Positions 38,338 through 47,010 of a stretch of 64,000 bases of DNA are shown in pieces. The translations under genes and the position numbers were made by a program. Position 1 is the stretch's first letter; every line of letters starts with the position of its first letter. Below the pieces are notes generated by a model. It was not told the origin of the DNA. It saw only the letters and a list, made by a program, of their open reading frames with translations, and searched no databases. The DNA comes from an uncultured Candidatus Saccharibacteria bacterium (GTDB lineage Bacteria; Patescibacteriota; JAQUNI01), in the NCBI GenBank assembly GCA_964555185.1, contig CAZKRD010000002.1, forward strand, positions 120,438 through 184,437, written 5' to 3'.

Positions 38338-38374
38338 GTCATTGCTTCGCTTGTTGTCACTCGCTCGCAATGAC
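38338..38374. repeat. Short inverted-repeat element GTCATTGCTTCG...TCACTCGCT...CGCAATGAC, copy 1
   Basis: It shares the terminal 9-bp inverted repeats and an internal TCACTCGCT with the element at 55040..55095. Confidence 0.5.
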
Positions 38375-38387
38375 AGATCGACATGTT

Positions 38388-38603
38388 TCAGCAGGGGTCT
38401 TCTTCAGCTTCCAGCTTTTCCAGTATTCTTATTTGATTATCTTCCAGGCGGTTCGAAGCTCTCTTCAAATACTGAAGATCAGCCTCGAGATTGCTCGATT
38501 TTCCTCCTCCAAAGCAACAGTAGACTCCGCATCCGGAGAACAGAAGCAAAGCGATTAAGATCAAGCAGATTGCTGCAATTCTCGTTTTCATTACCAACAA
38601 CAC
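38388..38603 (-). CDS. Small lipoprotein with a coiled-coil tail
   Basis: Signal peptide plus lipobox LLFSGC. 71 aa. Confidence 0.3.
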   Translation of the reverse strand: MLLVMKTRIAAICLILIALLLFSGCGVYCCFGGGKSSNLEADLQYLKRASNRLEDNQIRILEKLEAEEDPC

Positions 38604-39403
38604 CTCCTTTCCAGTTTCTGTGACGGGATATAAGCCATTTTGACCAAGATCCGATTTTCATCCTGGTCAACATCAATCCTTCCAGTCTGCAAGTTTTTCT
38701 CTTTGTGCCTCACCCGCGCCCAAGAAACCTCTACGAAACTATTCTTTCGCATCAGTTTCAGATAAAGTCCTGCTTGGGGCCGGTAGGTCCCCTTATAATT
38801 CCGGTTATGATAGTGAACCCAGATAAACTGCGGTCCAATTTCAACAACCTTGTGGGGAGTCAATCCTATTCGCACAACAGCTTCATTATAGACGCTGTCA
38901 AGTCTCAAACCCCTTAATCTTCCAAGATCAGAGGTTGAATAGGCAGCTTCTACAACTACTGGTTTTTGCCTAAAACCCATTTGAGCAGCGAAACGATTTG
39001 AACTGAAGTCCAGGTTATGTTTCGTCTTAACCTCATCCCAGATAAGGATATGAAACCATTTCCAGTAAGAAAAGGCTTCTAGATTAAGATTGTAACCTAG
39101 CAGTTCTTCGCCCTTTCCTTCTTGCAGGCTCTGGGCGCTCCAATACTCATAATCGATTCTTTGCCACATCACTCCGCCATCCAGATTAAGTCTGAGTGGG
39201 ATTTTCCATGGTCGCTTTGTAGCAATACCTATGGCCACGGTGTCCTCGTTGAGGAAATTGTGGGCTACCCCAATCTCCAGCTGCGCTAGATCAGTGAGAG
39301 GAATAGCAACACCTATATTACAAGCAGCTTCATTTTCTTCTGCCTGCGTCGTTAGTCCAGTTAACAAGAACATTATTGCTGTAATAATCAAACATTTTCT
39401 CAT
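38591..39403 (-). CDS. Secreted beta-rich protein, possibly a beta-barrel, in the GC-rich island
   Basis: Signal peptide. Alternating hydrophobic dyads (LEIGVAHNF, VVVEAAYST, LYLKLMRK, ILVKMAYIP). C-terminal aromatic residue (W). Confidence 0.35.
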   Translation of the reverse strand: MRKCLIITAIMFLLTGLTTQAEENEAACNIGVAIPLTDLAQLEIGVAHNFLNEDTVAIGIATKRPWKIPLRLNLDGGVMWQRIDYEYWSAQSLQEGKGEELLGYNLNLEAFSYWKWFHILIWDEVKTKHNLDFSSNRFAAQMGFRQKPVVVEAAYSTSDLGRLRGLRLDSVYNEAVVRIGLTPHKVVEIGPQFIWVHYHNRNYKGTYRPQAGLYLKLMRKNSFVEVSWARVRHKEKNLQTGRIDVDQDENRILVKMAYIPSQKLERRCCW

Positions 39404-39613
39404 CCTTTACCTCCGTTTCGTTGATTTTAGATATCTTAAACTGTTAACTCGCCATTATATATAATTACCCTCACCTTTTGAGAGAACCACCTGCTTTGGT
39501 ACGCATCCCTCTCTAGAAAATTTTCGAAATTCGTTTTCTAGAAAGCGGGACAAGTGATTCCCCAAAAAGTGAAGGCAATTATTTTTTTGGAAAAGAACGA
39601 AATATATTAAAAC

Positions 39614-40372
39614 TTATCGATTGATGATTTTAAGCCCTCCGATATAACCGCCAGAGTTATTGTTAACCTCTTCCTCTTGAAGATTCTTTTCTGGCTCTGG
39701 CGCTATTTCCTTTTTTTCTTTGTAGGTTTCTTTCTTTGGACGTTTCTTTTTTTTCTTTTCAGGCTTTCCCATATTCCAGGCAATGTAAATAGCCGAAATT
39801 ACTAAACCGACAAAAAAGCTTAAAATAGTATTTAAAAGCAGATTGGGCTTGACTGGTCTTTCAGAAACCAAAGGGGTATCAATCACTAAAACATTAACTT
39901 GATCACCAAGATTGTAATACTTTTTGCCTTTATCAGAGAAAACATAGATAATCGCATTAGCAATCTTTCTGGTTTCTTTTTCTGAAGGGTGATAGACACT
40001 AATTTCAATAATACTTGTGTCCGTAGTGACTCGAGAATCAACCATATTTGCCCATTTTTTTCTCAAATCCTTTTCTTTGGTTGGAAAATAGGCTTTATCA
40101 ATAGGGAATCCTGAATTTAGGACATCTTTTTGAAAGGCGCTGCTTTTAATTATTTTTGCAAGCAGAACAGCCAGTCTTTCTGCTGATTGACTGGCTTGGT
40201 ACATATCTAAATTAAAGGTTGCTTTTTGGCTAACTAGAATACTGGCTTTGGCTCTGTAAAGCGGTTCGCGAAGAAAGCTGGTGATTAAGCTGATTGCCAT
40301 TACAACCAGGACAATAATCACAATTGCTCTGTAATCGTAGCGGATTTTTCCAAGATATTGTTTGAAATTCAT
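39614..40372 (-). CDS. Wzz-like polysaccharide chain-length determinant (PCP family)
   Basis: The N-terminal and C-terminal TM helices flank a ~150-aa periplasmic region. The tail is Lys-rich. Confidence 0.5.
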   Translation of the reverse strand: MNFKQYLGKIRYDYRAIVIIVLVVMAISLITSFLREPLYRAKASILVSQKATFNLDMYQASQSAERLAVLLAKIIKSSAFQKDVLNSGFPIDKAYFPTKEKDLRKKWANMVDSRVTTDTSIIEISVYHPSEKETRKIANAIIYVFSDKGKKYYNLGDQVNVLVIDTPLVSERPVKPNLLLNTILSFFVGLVISAIYIAWNMGKPEKKKKKRPKKETYKEKKEIAPEPEKNLQEEEVNNNSGGYIGGLKIINR

Positions 40373-40501
40373 GGGTTTTTTAACAAAGAGATTATTCTAA
40401 GACATAATAAAAAATCTGTCAAGGTTTTGACAGGATTGTTTAATCAAAGGATTAGAGGGTTAACGGATTATCCAATCTTTTGTTAATCCGTAAGCCGTTA
40501 A

Positions 40502-41776
40502 TTAATTGTCTTTCATTTTTCCCAAAGTAACTTTAATTTCTAAAGTTTTTTTGTTTCTTAGAACCGTCAATATAACTTCATCATTTGGTTTATATTTTTG
40601 GAGCAAACCCACAAGAGAATGATTTTCGTTTATTTCATATTCATTGATTTTGGTAATGATATCAAGCTCTTTTAATCCAGCTTTCTGGGCGGGCGAGCCG
40701 GGCACGATCGGCAGAAGATCAGGATCACCAGTATAAATCAAGATTCCGTTATTTGTTGCTAACTGATTTAGGGAGGCAAATTCCGGGGTGATTGGGATAT
40801 AACGGATGCCGATAAGGGGCCGGATGATTTTGCCTTCGCGGATCACGCTTTCAATCACAGTTTTAACATTGTCAATCGGGATTGCGAATCCGACGAGTTG
40901 ACCATTAGCGTCAATCGCCGTGTTAATGCCAATTACTTGACCACTTAGGTTAATCAGCGGTCCGCCGGAATTACCGGGATTGATCGCGGCATCGGTCTGG
41001 ATGACGTCCTCTAGGCTTTCGGTTTGAAATAATCCATTGCCGGCTTTTATTGAGCGGCTGATTCCAGAAACCACGCCGGCGGTTACTGTGTTTTGGTATT
41101 CGCCTAAGGTGTTGCCGATCGCGATCACTCTTTGTCCTACTTCTAAATCAGTAGAGTTGCCTAAATCCACGACAGGCAAGTTTTCAGCCTCGATTTTAAT
41201 AATTGCGAAATCATTAGAGGGATCGCGCGCGATTACTTTTGCTTTGTAGCTTTTTCCTTCTTGGGTGATTACAGTGTAAGTGGCTTGTTCTTCTGCAACA
41301 ACATGTTTGTTGGTAGCGATTAATCCATCATTAGTGATGATAAAACCGGTGCCGCCCGTTTTTTGCTGGTAGATATTGCCGAAAAAGCCGCGGAAGTCCC
41401 TTTCGCTTACGATATTGACCACGGCGGGCGAAATTTTTTTGACCGCTTGAATAATGCCGGATTCTTCGGTAACCGTGATTTTTTCACTTTTTTCAATCAC
41501 CACTGGCTGGTCTGTCTGCAAAAAGCTTATTTTTTCCAAAGCGGGAATAGTGGAAAGGCGGGGCAGAATAAATCTATCCATCGCAATATTAGAGAAAGCC
41601 CCCGCAATAAAAGCAATAATCAGAATGAGCAAAAAGAAGCTTGCGCGGGAAAGACAGAATCCACTTTTAGTTTTTGGAATTTTTGTTCTGCCTGAAACCG
41701 CAGGTAGTCTCATTTGAGTGGAATGAGCTCCGGTTTGAATAGATTTTATTTGGATATCTTTGAGATTATCGCGCAT
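40502..41776 (-). CDS. htrA: HtrA/DegP-family serine protease with a PDZ domain
   Basis: Catalytic GNSGGPL. The Ser-His-Asp trypsin fold is followed by a C-terminal PDZ domain. An N-terminal TM anchor is present. Confidence 0.8.
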   Translation of the reverse strand: MRDNLKDIQIKSIQTGAHSTQMRLPAVSGRTKIPKTKSGFCLSRASFFLLILIIAFIAGAFSNIAMDRFILPRLSTIPALEKISFLQTDQPVVIEKSEKITVTEESGIIQAVKKISPAVVNIVSERDFRGFFGNIYQQKTGGTGFIITNDGLIATNKHVVAEEQATYTVITQEGKSYKAKVIARDPSNDFAIIKIEAENLPVVDLGNSTDLEVGQRVIAIGNTLGEYQNTVTAGVVSGISRSIKAGNGLFQTESLEDVIQTDAAINPGNSGGPLINLSGQVIGINTAIDANGQLVGFAIPIDNVKTVIESVIREGKIIRPLIGIRYIPITPEFASLNQLATNNGILIYTGDPDLLPIVPGSPAQKAGLKELDIITKINEYEINENHSLVGLLQKYKPNDEVILTVLRNKKTLEIKVTLGKMKDN

Positions 41777-41861
41777 ATTTTTGAATTAGAATTGTCTAAT
41801 CGGCAGACTAGAAATTCTGATAATTTGTTAACCCGTTAATTCGCAAAATTCGTTAATCGAT

Positions 41862-42671
41862 TCACTGCGGCTTCCACTGGGCTGTTGCGAGCACCGATGT
41901 GATTACGATCACAGCAATACTGAAATAGACCTTGATCAATTTTCTGGTCAGAGCTTCCCGTGAATAGTGTTCTAGGATACCTAAGATGATGTAAAAACTG
42001 GCCATCAGGACAATGCTGTTTGCAATATAATTGGTCGGCCAAAAGCTCAATGACCAGAAGATTTGGGCGAGACCCAAAGAAATCACATTGGCATAGACCA
42101 AAGCTCTTCTTGGTGGAAATATTTCACTAAGGAATTGCCAGGCAAGCAGAAAGATGATTACTACAGCGACAATCAGCGTCTGCCAAATCGCGAAAGAAAG
42201 GAGATAGATTATACCAAAAAGACTGCTTAAAGCAAAAAAAGCAGTTAGGAGGATTAGGGCTTGATTGACGGTTAGAATAATTCTTCTTCTTTTGTCTTGT
42301 TCTGATTTCAAGATTACCTGCTTTTTGCTTTCAGCATGATAATGGCTCAAAACAGAGATATTATTCAAAACAATAGCCAAAACAATACTGATCCCAAAAA
42401 GAAAGATGTGCTGGGTTAAGCTTTTTTGGGCGAGGACAAAAAGAGAGAGACTGGCTAATGTATAAAGAGTTGGCAGAATCAGGTAGGAGAGCTTTTTTAA
42501 TTTTTTGGTCTGCCAAAATCCACTCAAATAAAGAGAGGATAAAATCACGACCGCGATTAAAATAATAAAAAGCCACCAGAATAGTTCTGGCTTCTGGATT
42601 ATCGTTTCCATTATAGCGAACATAGCGAGAACAGGAATCGCAATCGCGGTTTTGGAGAGAAAAGCGCTCAT
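41862..42671 (-). CDS. Polytopic membrane protein of unknown function
   Basis: 269 aa with about 8 TM helices. Its start overlaps the valS stop by 4 nt. Confidence 0.4.
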   Translation of the reverse strand: MSAFLSKTAIAIPVLAMFAIMETIIQKPELFWWLFIILIAVVILSSLYLSGFWQTKKLKKLSYLILPTLYTLASLSLFVLAQKSLTQHIFLFGISIVLAIVLNNISVLSHYHAESKKQVILKSEQDKRRRIILTVNQALILLTAFFALSSLFGIIYLLSFAIWQTLIVAVVIIFLLAWQFLSEIFPPRRALVYANVISLGLAQIFWSLSFWPTNYIANSIVLMASFYIILGILEHYSREALTRKLIKVYFSIAVIVITSVLATAQWKPQ

Positions 42672-45001
42672 AACTCAATATTTTTAGTTAAAAATTCCAC
42701 AATTTTTTTTTGTTCTTCTGGCAGATTAAGTTTTACTTTTCTTTTTTCTGTCCGGATTCTGGTTACGGCTTCCTGAATTCTGTTAAATTCTTTTTCTACT
42801 TTTAGATTGCGGTATTCTTTTTGGAATTCTGGCCAAGGGCTGACAATTAAATCCGTCTTTTCCAGTTTTTGGTATACCTCTTCAGTGATAAAAGGAATAA
42901 AGGGGTGGAGCATCCTTAAGCTGTCTTTCAGGACTGTTCTTAAAACAAAATTTACTTTTTTGGACTCTTTTTTTGTTACAGAATTGGACGATCGTCCAGA
43001 TTTGTAACGTTTGCTTTTTTGCTGGTTGTAAATTCTCTGTTTTGCGATTTCTAAATACCAATCACAGAGTTCATTCCAGAAAAAGCGGTAGAGTCTTCTT
43101 GCCGCGCGGGCAACCTGATAGGTTTCTAAGGAATCACTAACTTTTTTGATTGTATAATGCAGGCGAGAAAGAATCCACTGATCGCTTGGGTGGCTTGAAG
43201 GTTTTTTTGGTTTTTGTGCCGGTTTTGTGTTGTGAATAACAAATTTAGACGCATTATGGACTTTGGTTGTGAAGTTGCGGCCGGCTTTAATCGCGTCTTC
43301 CATTGCCTGTTTGCTCATTGCGATATCGCGGCCCGGGTAGGCCATTCGGGCAAGGGCGAAGCGCAAGGAGTCGGCAGAATATTTTTGAATCATCAATAAA
43401 GGATCCACGCCGTTGTTTAGCGATTTGCTCATCTTGCGCCCTTGTTCGTCGCGGAGCGTGCCATGGATAAAGACCGTTTTAAAAGGCGCTCTCTTTCCGA
43501 ATTTGATTCCCAAGATAATCATTCGGCAGATCCAAAGATAAAGAATACCCGGGGCAGTGATCATCAGGTCAGAGGGGTAATATTTTTTAAGATCAGCGCT
43601 TTTGCGGTCAGGCCAGCCCAAGGCTGAAAGAGGCCAGAGGCCTGATGAAAACCAGGTATCTAAAACATCGGTTTCTTGTTTGATTTTGCTCCCGCCGCAT
43701 TTTGGGCATTTTTTTGGTTTTTTAGCACTCACAATCGGCGGGCATTTTTTCTCTTTGCAATAATAGACTGGCATTGGATGGCCCCAGACAAGCTGGCGGG
43801 AGATGCACCAGTCATGGATATTGGAAAGCCAGAGAAGAGCTTGTTTCCCATACCTTTCCGGTAGGAATTTAACATCGCCTTTTTTGATTGCTGTAATTGC
43901 AGGTTTTGATAACCCTTTCATTTTTACAAACCATTGTTTCGAGATTTGGGGTTCAATAATACTCTTACAACGTTCACAAAAAGCAACCGAATGTTTAATC
44001 TCTTCTGTCTTTTTAAGGTAGCCTTGTTTTTGAAGATCATTAATCACAATCTGCCGTGCTTGATTGACAGATAGACCATTGTATTTCTCTGGCACATTGA
44101 TCATTTTGCCATCGCGATTAATCACTAGAGGTTTTTCCAAGTTATGGCGCTCTCCAATTTCATAGTCAGTTAGATCATGAGCAGGTGTTACCTTAACCGC
44201 CCCTGTGCCGAATTTAGGATCAACCACTTGGTCTGTCACAATCGGGATTTTGCGGTTAACTAGAGGCAGAGTCACTTTTTCGCCAACCAGATCTTTGTAA
44301 CGTTTATCATCTGGATGGACAGCTACAGCTGTATCTCCTAGCATAGTCTCTGGTCTTGTGGTCGCGACTGTAATTTTTTGATCCTCGTTTAAGGGATAGT
44401 CAATATAGTAGAGTTTGCCCTTTTGTTCTTTGTATTCTAATTCTAAGTCTGTGATCGCGGTGTTGCATTTGGGGCACCAGTGGACAATGTAGCGGCCGCG
44501 ATAAATCAGTTTGTCACGGTAAAGGCGGATAAATTCTTCCTGCACTGCCTTGCATGGACCGGGATCCAAAGTAAAGGTTTTGCGGGACCAGTCAGCTGAC
44601 TCGCCCAAGGCTTTTGATTGCTCTAGAATCTTTTTTTCATAAATCCGCGCCCACTTCCAAATGTATTTTAGAAATTCCTTCCGCCCCAGATCCTCATGTG
44701 TTTTACTCTCTTCTTTTTGGAGTTTTTTCTCCATTGTTCCCTGCATTTGAATACCGGCATGGTCAACACCGGGCAGCCACAGGGTGTCAAAACCCTGCAT
44801 TCTTTTGGCGCGAATTAAGATATCCGTGATCGTGTGCTGCAGAGCATGGCCTAGATGGAGTTCGCCGGTTAGGTTTGGCGGCGGCATAATCATCACAAAA
44901 GGCTTTTTTTTGGATCGGTTATTGGCGCGAAAATAATTTTTTCGGTGCCAATAATCATACCACCTTTTTTCAGTTTTAGAAGGATTATATTTTTTATCCA
45001 T
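42668..45001 (-). CDS. valS: Valyl-tRNA synthetase
   Basis: HIGH-like PPPNLTGELHLGHA, KMSKS, 777 aa with an editing domain. Confidence 0.9.
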   Translation of the reverse strand: MDKKYNPSKTEKRWYDYWHRKNYFRANNRSKKKPFVMIMPPPNLTGELHLGHALQHTITDILIRAKRMQGFDTLWLPGVDHAGIQMQGTMEKKLQKEESKTHEDLGRKEFLKYIWKWARIYEKKILEQSKALGESADWSRKTFTLDPGPCKAVQEEFIRLYRDKLIYRGRYIVHWCPKCNTAITDLELEYKEQKGKLYYIDYPLNEDQKITVATTRPETMLGDTAVAVHPDDKRYKDLVGEKVTLPLVNRKIPIVTDQVVDPKFGTGAVKVTPAHDLTDYEIGERHNLEKPLVINRDGKMINVPEKYNGLSVNQARQIVINDLQKQGYLKKTEEIKHSVAFCERCKSIIEPQISKQWFVKMKGLSKPAITAIKKGDVKFLPERYGKQALLWLSNIHDWCISRQLVWGHPMPVYYCKEKKCPPIVSAKKPKKCPKCGGSKIKQETDVLDTWFSSGLWPLSALGWPDRKSADLKKYYPSDLMITAPGILYLWICRMIILGIKFGKRAPFKTVFIHGTLRDEQGRKMSKSLNNGVDPLLMIQKYSADSLRFALARMAYPGRDIAMSKQAMEDAIKAGRNFTTKVHNASKFVIHNTKPAQKPKKPSSHPSDQWILSRLHYTIKKVSDSLETYQVARAARRLYRFFWNELCDWYLEIAKQRIYNQQKSKRYKSGRSSNSVTKKESKKVNFVLRTVLKDSLRMLHPFIPFITEEVYQKLEKTDLIVSPWPEFQKEYRNLKVEKEFNRIQEAVTRIRTEKRKVKLNLPEEQKKIVEFLTKNIEL

Positions 45002-45123
45002 GGTTTGATTGTGATATTATTATTCTAGTCCAGATACAATGAGTTGGCAAGCTCAAAAATTTGGTTTATTTGGGTTTTTGAGGTAGAATTGTATAGAGTC
45101 AATTTTTTATTTTTTAATTTTTA

Positions 45124-46281
45124 TTGAAATCTATGGCTAAGAAATTAAAAGTCGGCGTTCTTTTTGGCGGTAAATCAGCAGAACACGAGGTCTCCTTGGT
45201 TTCCGCCCAGTCAGTGATTGAAAATTTGAATAAAAATAAATACGAAGTGATTCCGATTGGAATCACTCGGGAAGGCAAATGGATTTCTGCTGGCAAGCCC
45301 CTGGAATATTTGAAAAAAGGTCGAAAGAATAAAATCCGTAAAAATGCTCTACCGGGCGTTAGAAAAAATAACGTAGGGGCGCGCCGTGGCGCGCCCGCTT
45401 CAGAGCTTGCCACAACAGCGCGCGTGAAAAATTACCCAAAAATAGACGTTATTTTCCCGGTGCTTCATGGTACTTATGGTGAAGACGGTACGGTTCAAGG
45501 GTTTTTAGAGCTTGCTGATATCCCCTATGTCGGAGCTGGTGTTTTAGGATCGGCGTTGGGCATGGATAAGGTGATTCAAAAGAAGCTTTTCAAAGCGCAT
45601 AATTTGCCCGTGGTTCCCTGTTTAGCTTTTGCCCGTAAACAGATTTTAGAACGCCTGGATCCGGAGGTGGTAAAAAAGATTGAAAGAGAGTTAGGCTATC
45701 CTTGTTTTACTAAGCCGGCGAACCTCGGTTCTTCAGTGGGTATTTTTAAAGCGCATACGAGAAGAGAGCTCCAATATATGATTAAAAAATCCGCGCGCTT
45801 TGACCGCAAAATCATTGTGGAAAAGGCCGTACCCAACGCGCGCGAGATTGAGGTTGCGGTTTTAGGCAATGGCGATCCAGGGGTTTCGGTCTGCGGCGAG
45901 ATTATTTCCTCTAACGAGTTCTATGATTATGATGCCAAGTATGTTGACGGTAAGAGTAAAGCGATTATTCCGGCCAAAATTTCAAAAAGAGTAAGTAACA
46001 AGATTCGCGAGATCGCAAAAAAAGCTTTTTTGGCCTTGGATTGCGCTGGCATGTCCCGAGTGGATTTTTTGGTGGACGGTAAAACCAATAAGATTTATCT
46101 AAGCGAACTGAACACGATCCCTGGTTTTACTTCAATCTCAATGTATCCCAAACTCTGGCAGGCGTCCGGTCTTTCCTATCCTCGTCTTTTGGATCAACTG
46201 ATCCGGCTTGCCATGGCTCGTCACTGCGATAAACAAAAAACCGAAACCATGGTACAATTAAAAAAGGATTGGTATCGGTGA
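45124..46281 (+). CDS. ddl: D-alanine--D-alanine ligase
   Basis: MKSMAKKLKVGVLFGGKSAEHEVSL, ATP-grasp motifs, ...ELNTIPGFT.... The N-domain loop carries a GC-only palindromic insertion. Confidence 0.85.
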   Translation: MKSMAKKLKVGVLFGGKSAEHEVSLVSAQSVIENLNKNKYEVIPIGITREGKWISAGKPLEYLKKGRKNKIRKNALPGVRKNNVGARRGAPASELATTARVKNYPKIDVIFPVLHGTYGEDGTVQGFLELADIPYVGAGVLGSALGMDKVIQKKLFKAHNLPVVPCLAFARKQILERLDPEVVKKIERELGYPCFTKPANLGSSVGIFKAHTRRELQYMIKKSARFDRKIIVEKAVPNAREIEVAVLGNGDPGVSVCGEIISSNEFYDYDAKYVDGKSKAIIPAKISKRVSNKIREIAKKAFLALDCAGMSRVDFLVDGKTNKIYLSELNTIPGFTSISMYPKLWQASGLSYPRLLDQLIRLAMARHCDKQKTETMVQLKKDWYR

Positions 46282-46720
46282 TGAATTATGAATAATGCCA
46301 CCAATTCCGGGTGGTCACCTAGAATCGGTGAAATTTTGAATTTTGAGTTTTGAATAAATCAAAATAAAATATGGGCGTTATTAGCCATCGAGAAATAGGT
46401 ATGGTCAGAAGGTATGCAAGCACAAGCAATTAGCACAAAACGAAGTTCAAATTTGCCTCTTAGAGGAAGCTGAAAGACAATTAGAAATATTTGTTAAATA
46501 TGCCACGGATTATTTTAACAAGCGACATAGTTCTTTTGGGGCTGAAATTATTAGTAAACACAAAGAGATTTTAGAGATTATTCAAGAGGTTTTGAAAAAT
46601 AAAAAAAGAAAGCTATCAACAAAGACGGTAAGATCAAGAGACCGCACGGGGATTTTTAAGCTAATTACAGATTGGAGCAGCCAGCAGCGGGCTTTCGAGA
46701 TAGCAGCTTGAATTTTTGGG

Positions 46721-46978
46721 TTATTTGACTCCTTGAATTTCCTGCAACCTGAAGCTGTTCCCTTTTATTTTTTTGATTTCAATTTTTGCTTTTTGGGCTG
46801 GGGTGTTTTGAGAAAGGAGGCTTAGATTAAATTTCAAATTATCCGAAGACAGCGCTTCGCTGTGCTCTTCAATTTCGCCAAGTTCTAGTTTGATTTTGGT
46901 GATTTTTTTTAAATGATTTTTACGGCCGTATTCCAAAACTTGCTTTAGGATTCGGCCAGCAGCGTGTAAGTCGTGCAT
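46721..46978 (-). CDS. hypA: HypA-like hydrogenase nickel-insertion protein, N-terminal domain only, lacking the Zn-binding Cys motifs
   Basis: MHDLHAAGRILKQVLEYGRKNHLKKITKIKLELGEI resembles the HypA N-terminus. The 85-aa product contains no cysteines. Confidence 0.45.
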   Translation of the reverse strand: MHDLHAAGRILKQVLEYGRKNHLKKITKIKLELGEIEEHSEALSSDNLKFNLSLLSQNTPAQKAKIEIKKIKGNSFRLQEIQGVK

Positions 46979-47010
46979 AAGTTATGAATTATGAATCATG
47001 AATTTTGCAT

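Noticed and set aside
39500-39560. CTAGAAAATTTTCGAAATTCGTTTTCTAG near-palindrome upstream of the Wzz-like gene as an operator
   Set aside because: It is a single occurrence, no regulator gene is adjacent, and the local AT-rich word style makes chance symmetry likely.
42361-42678. 105-aa minus-strand ORF overlapping the valS 3' end and the membrane protein gene
   Set aside because: It lies entirely inside a better-supported CDS (41862..42671) in another frame. It has no motifs and an unlikely composition.
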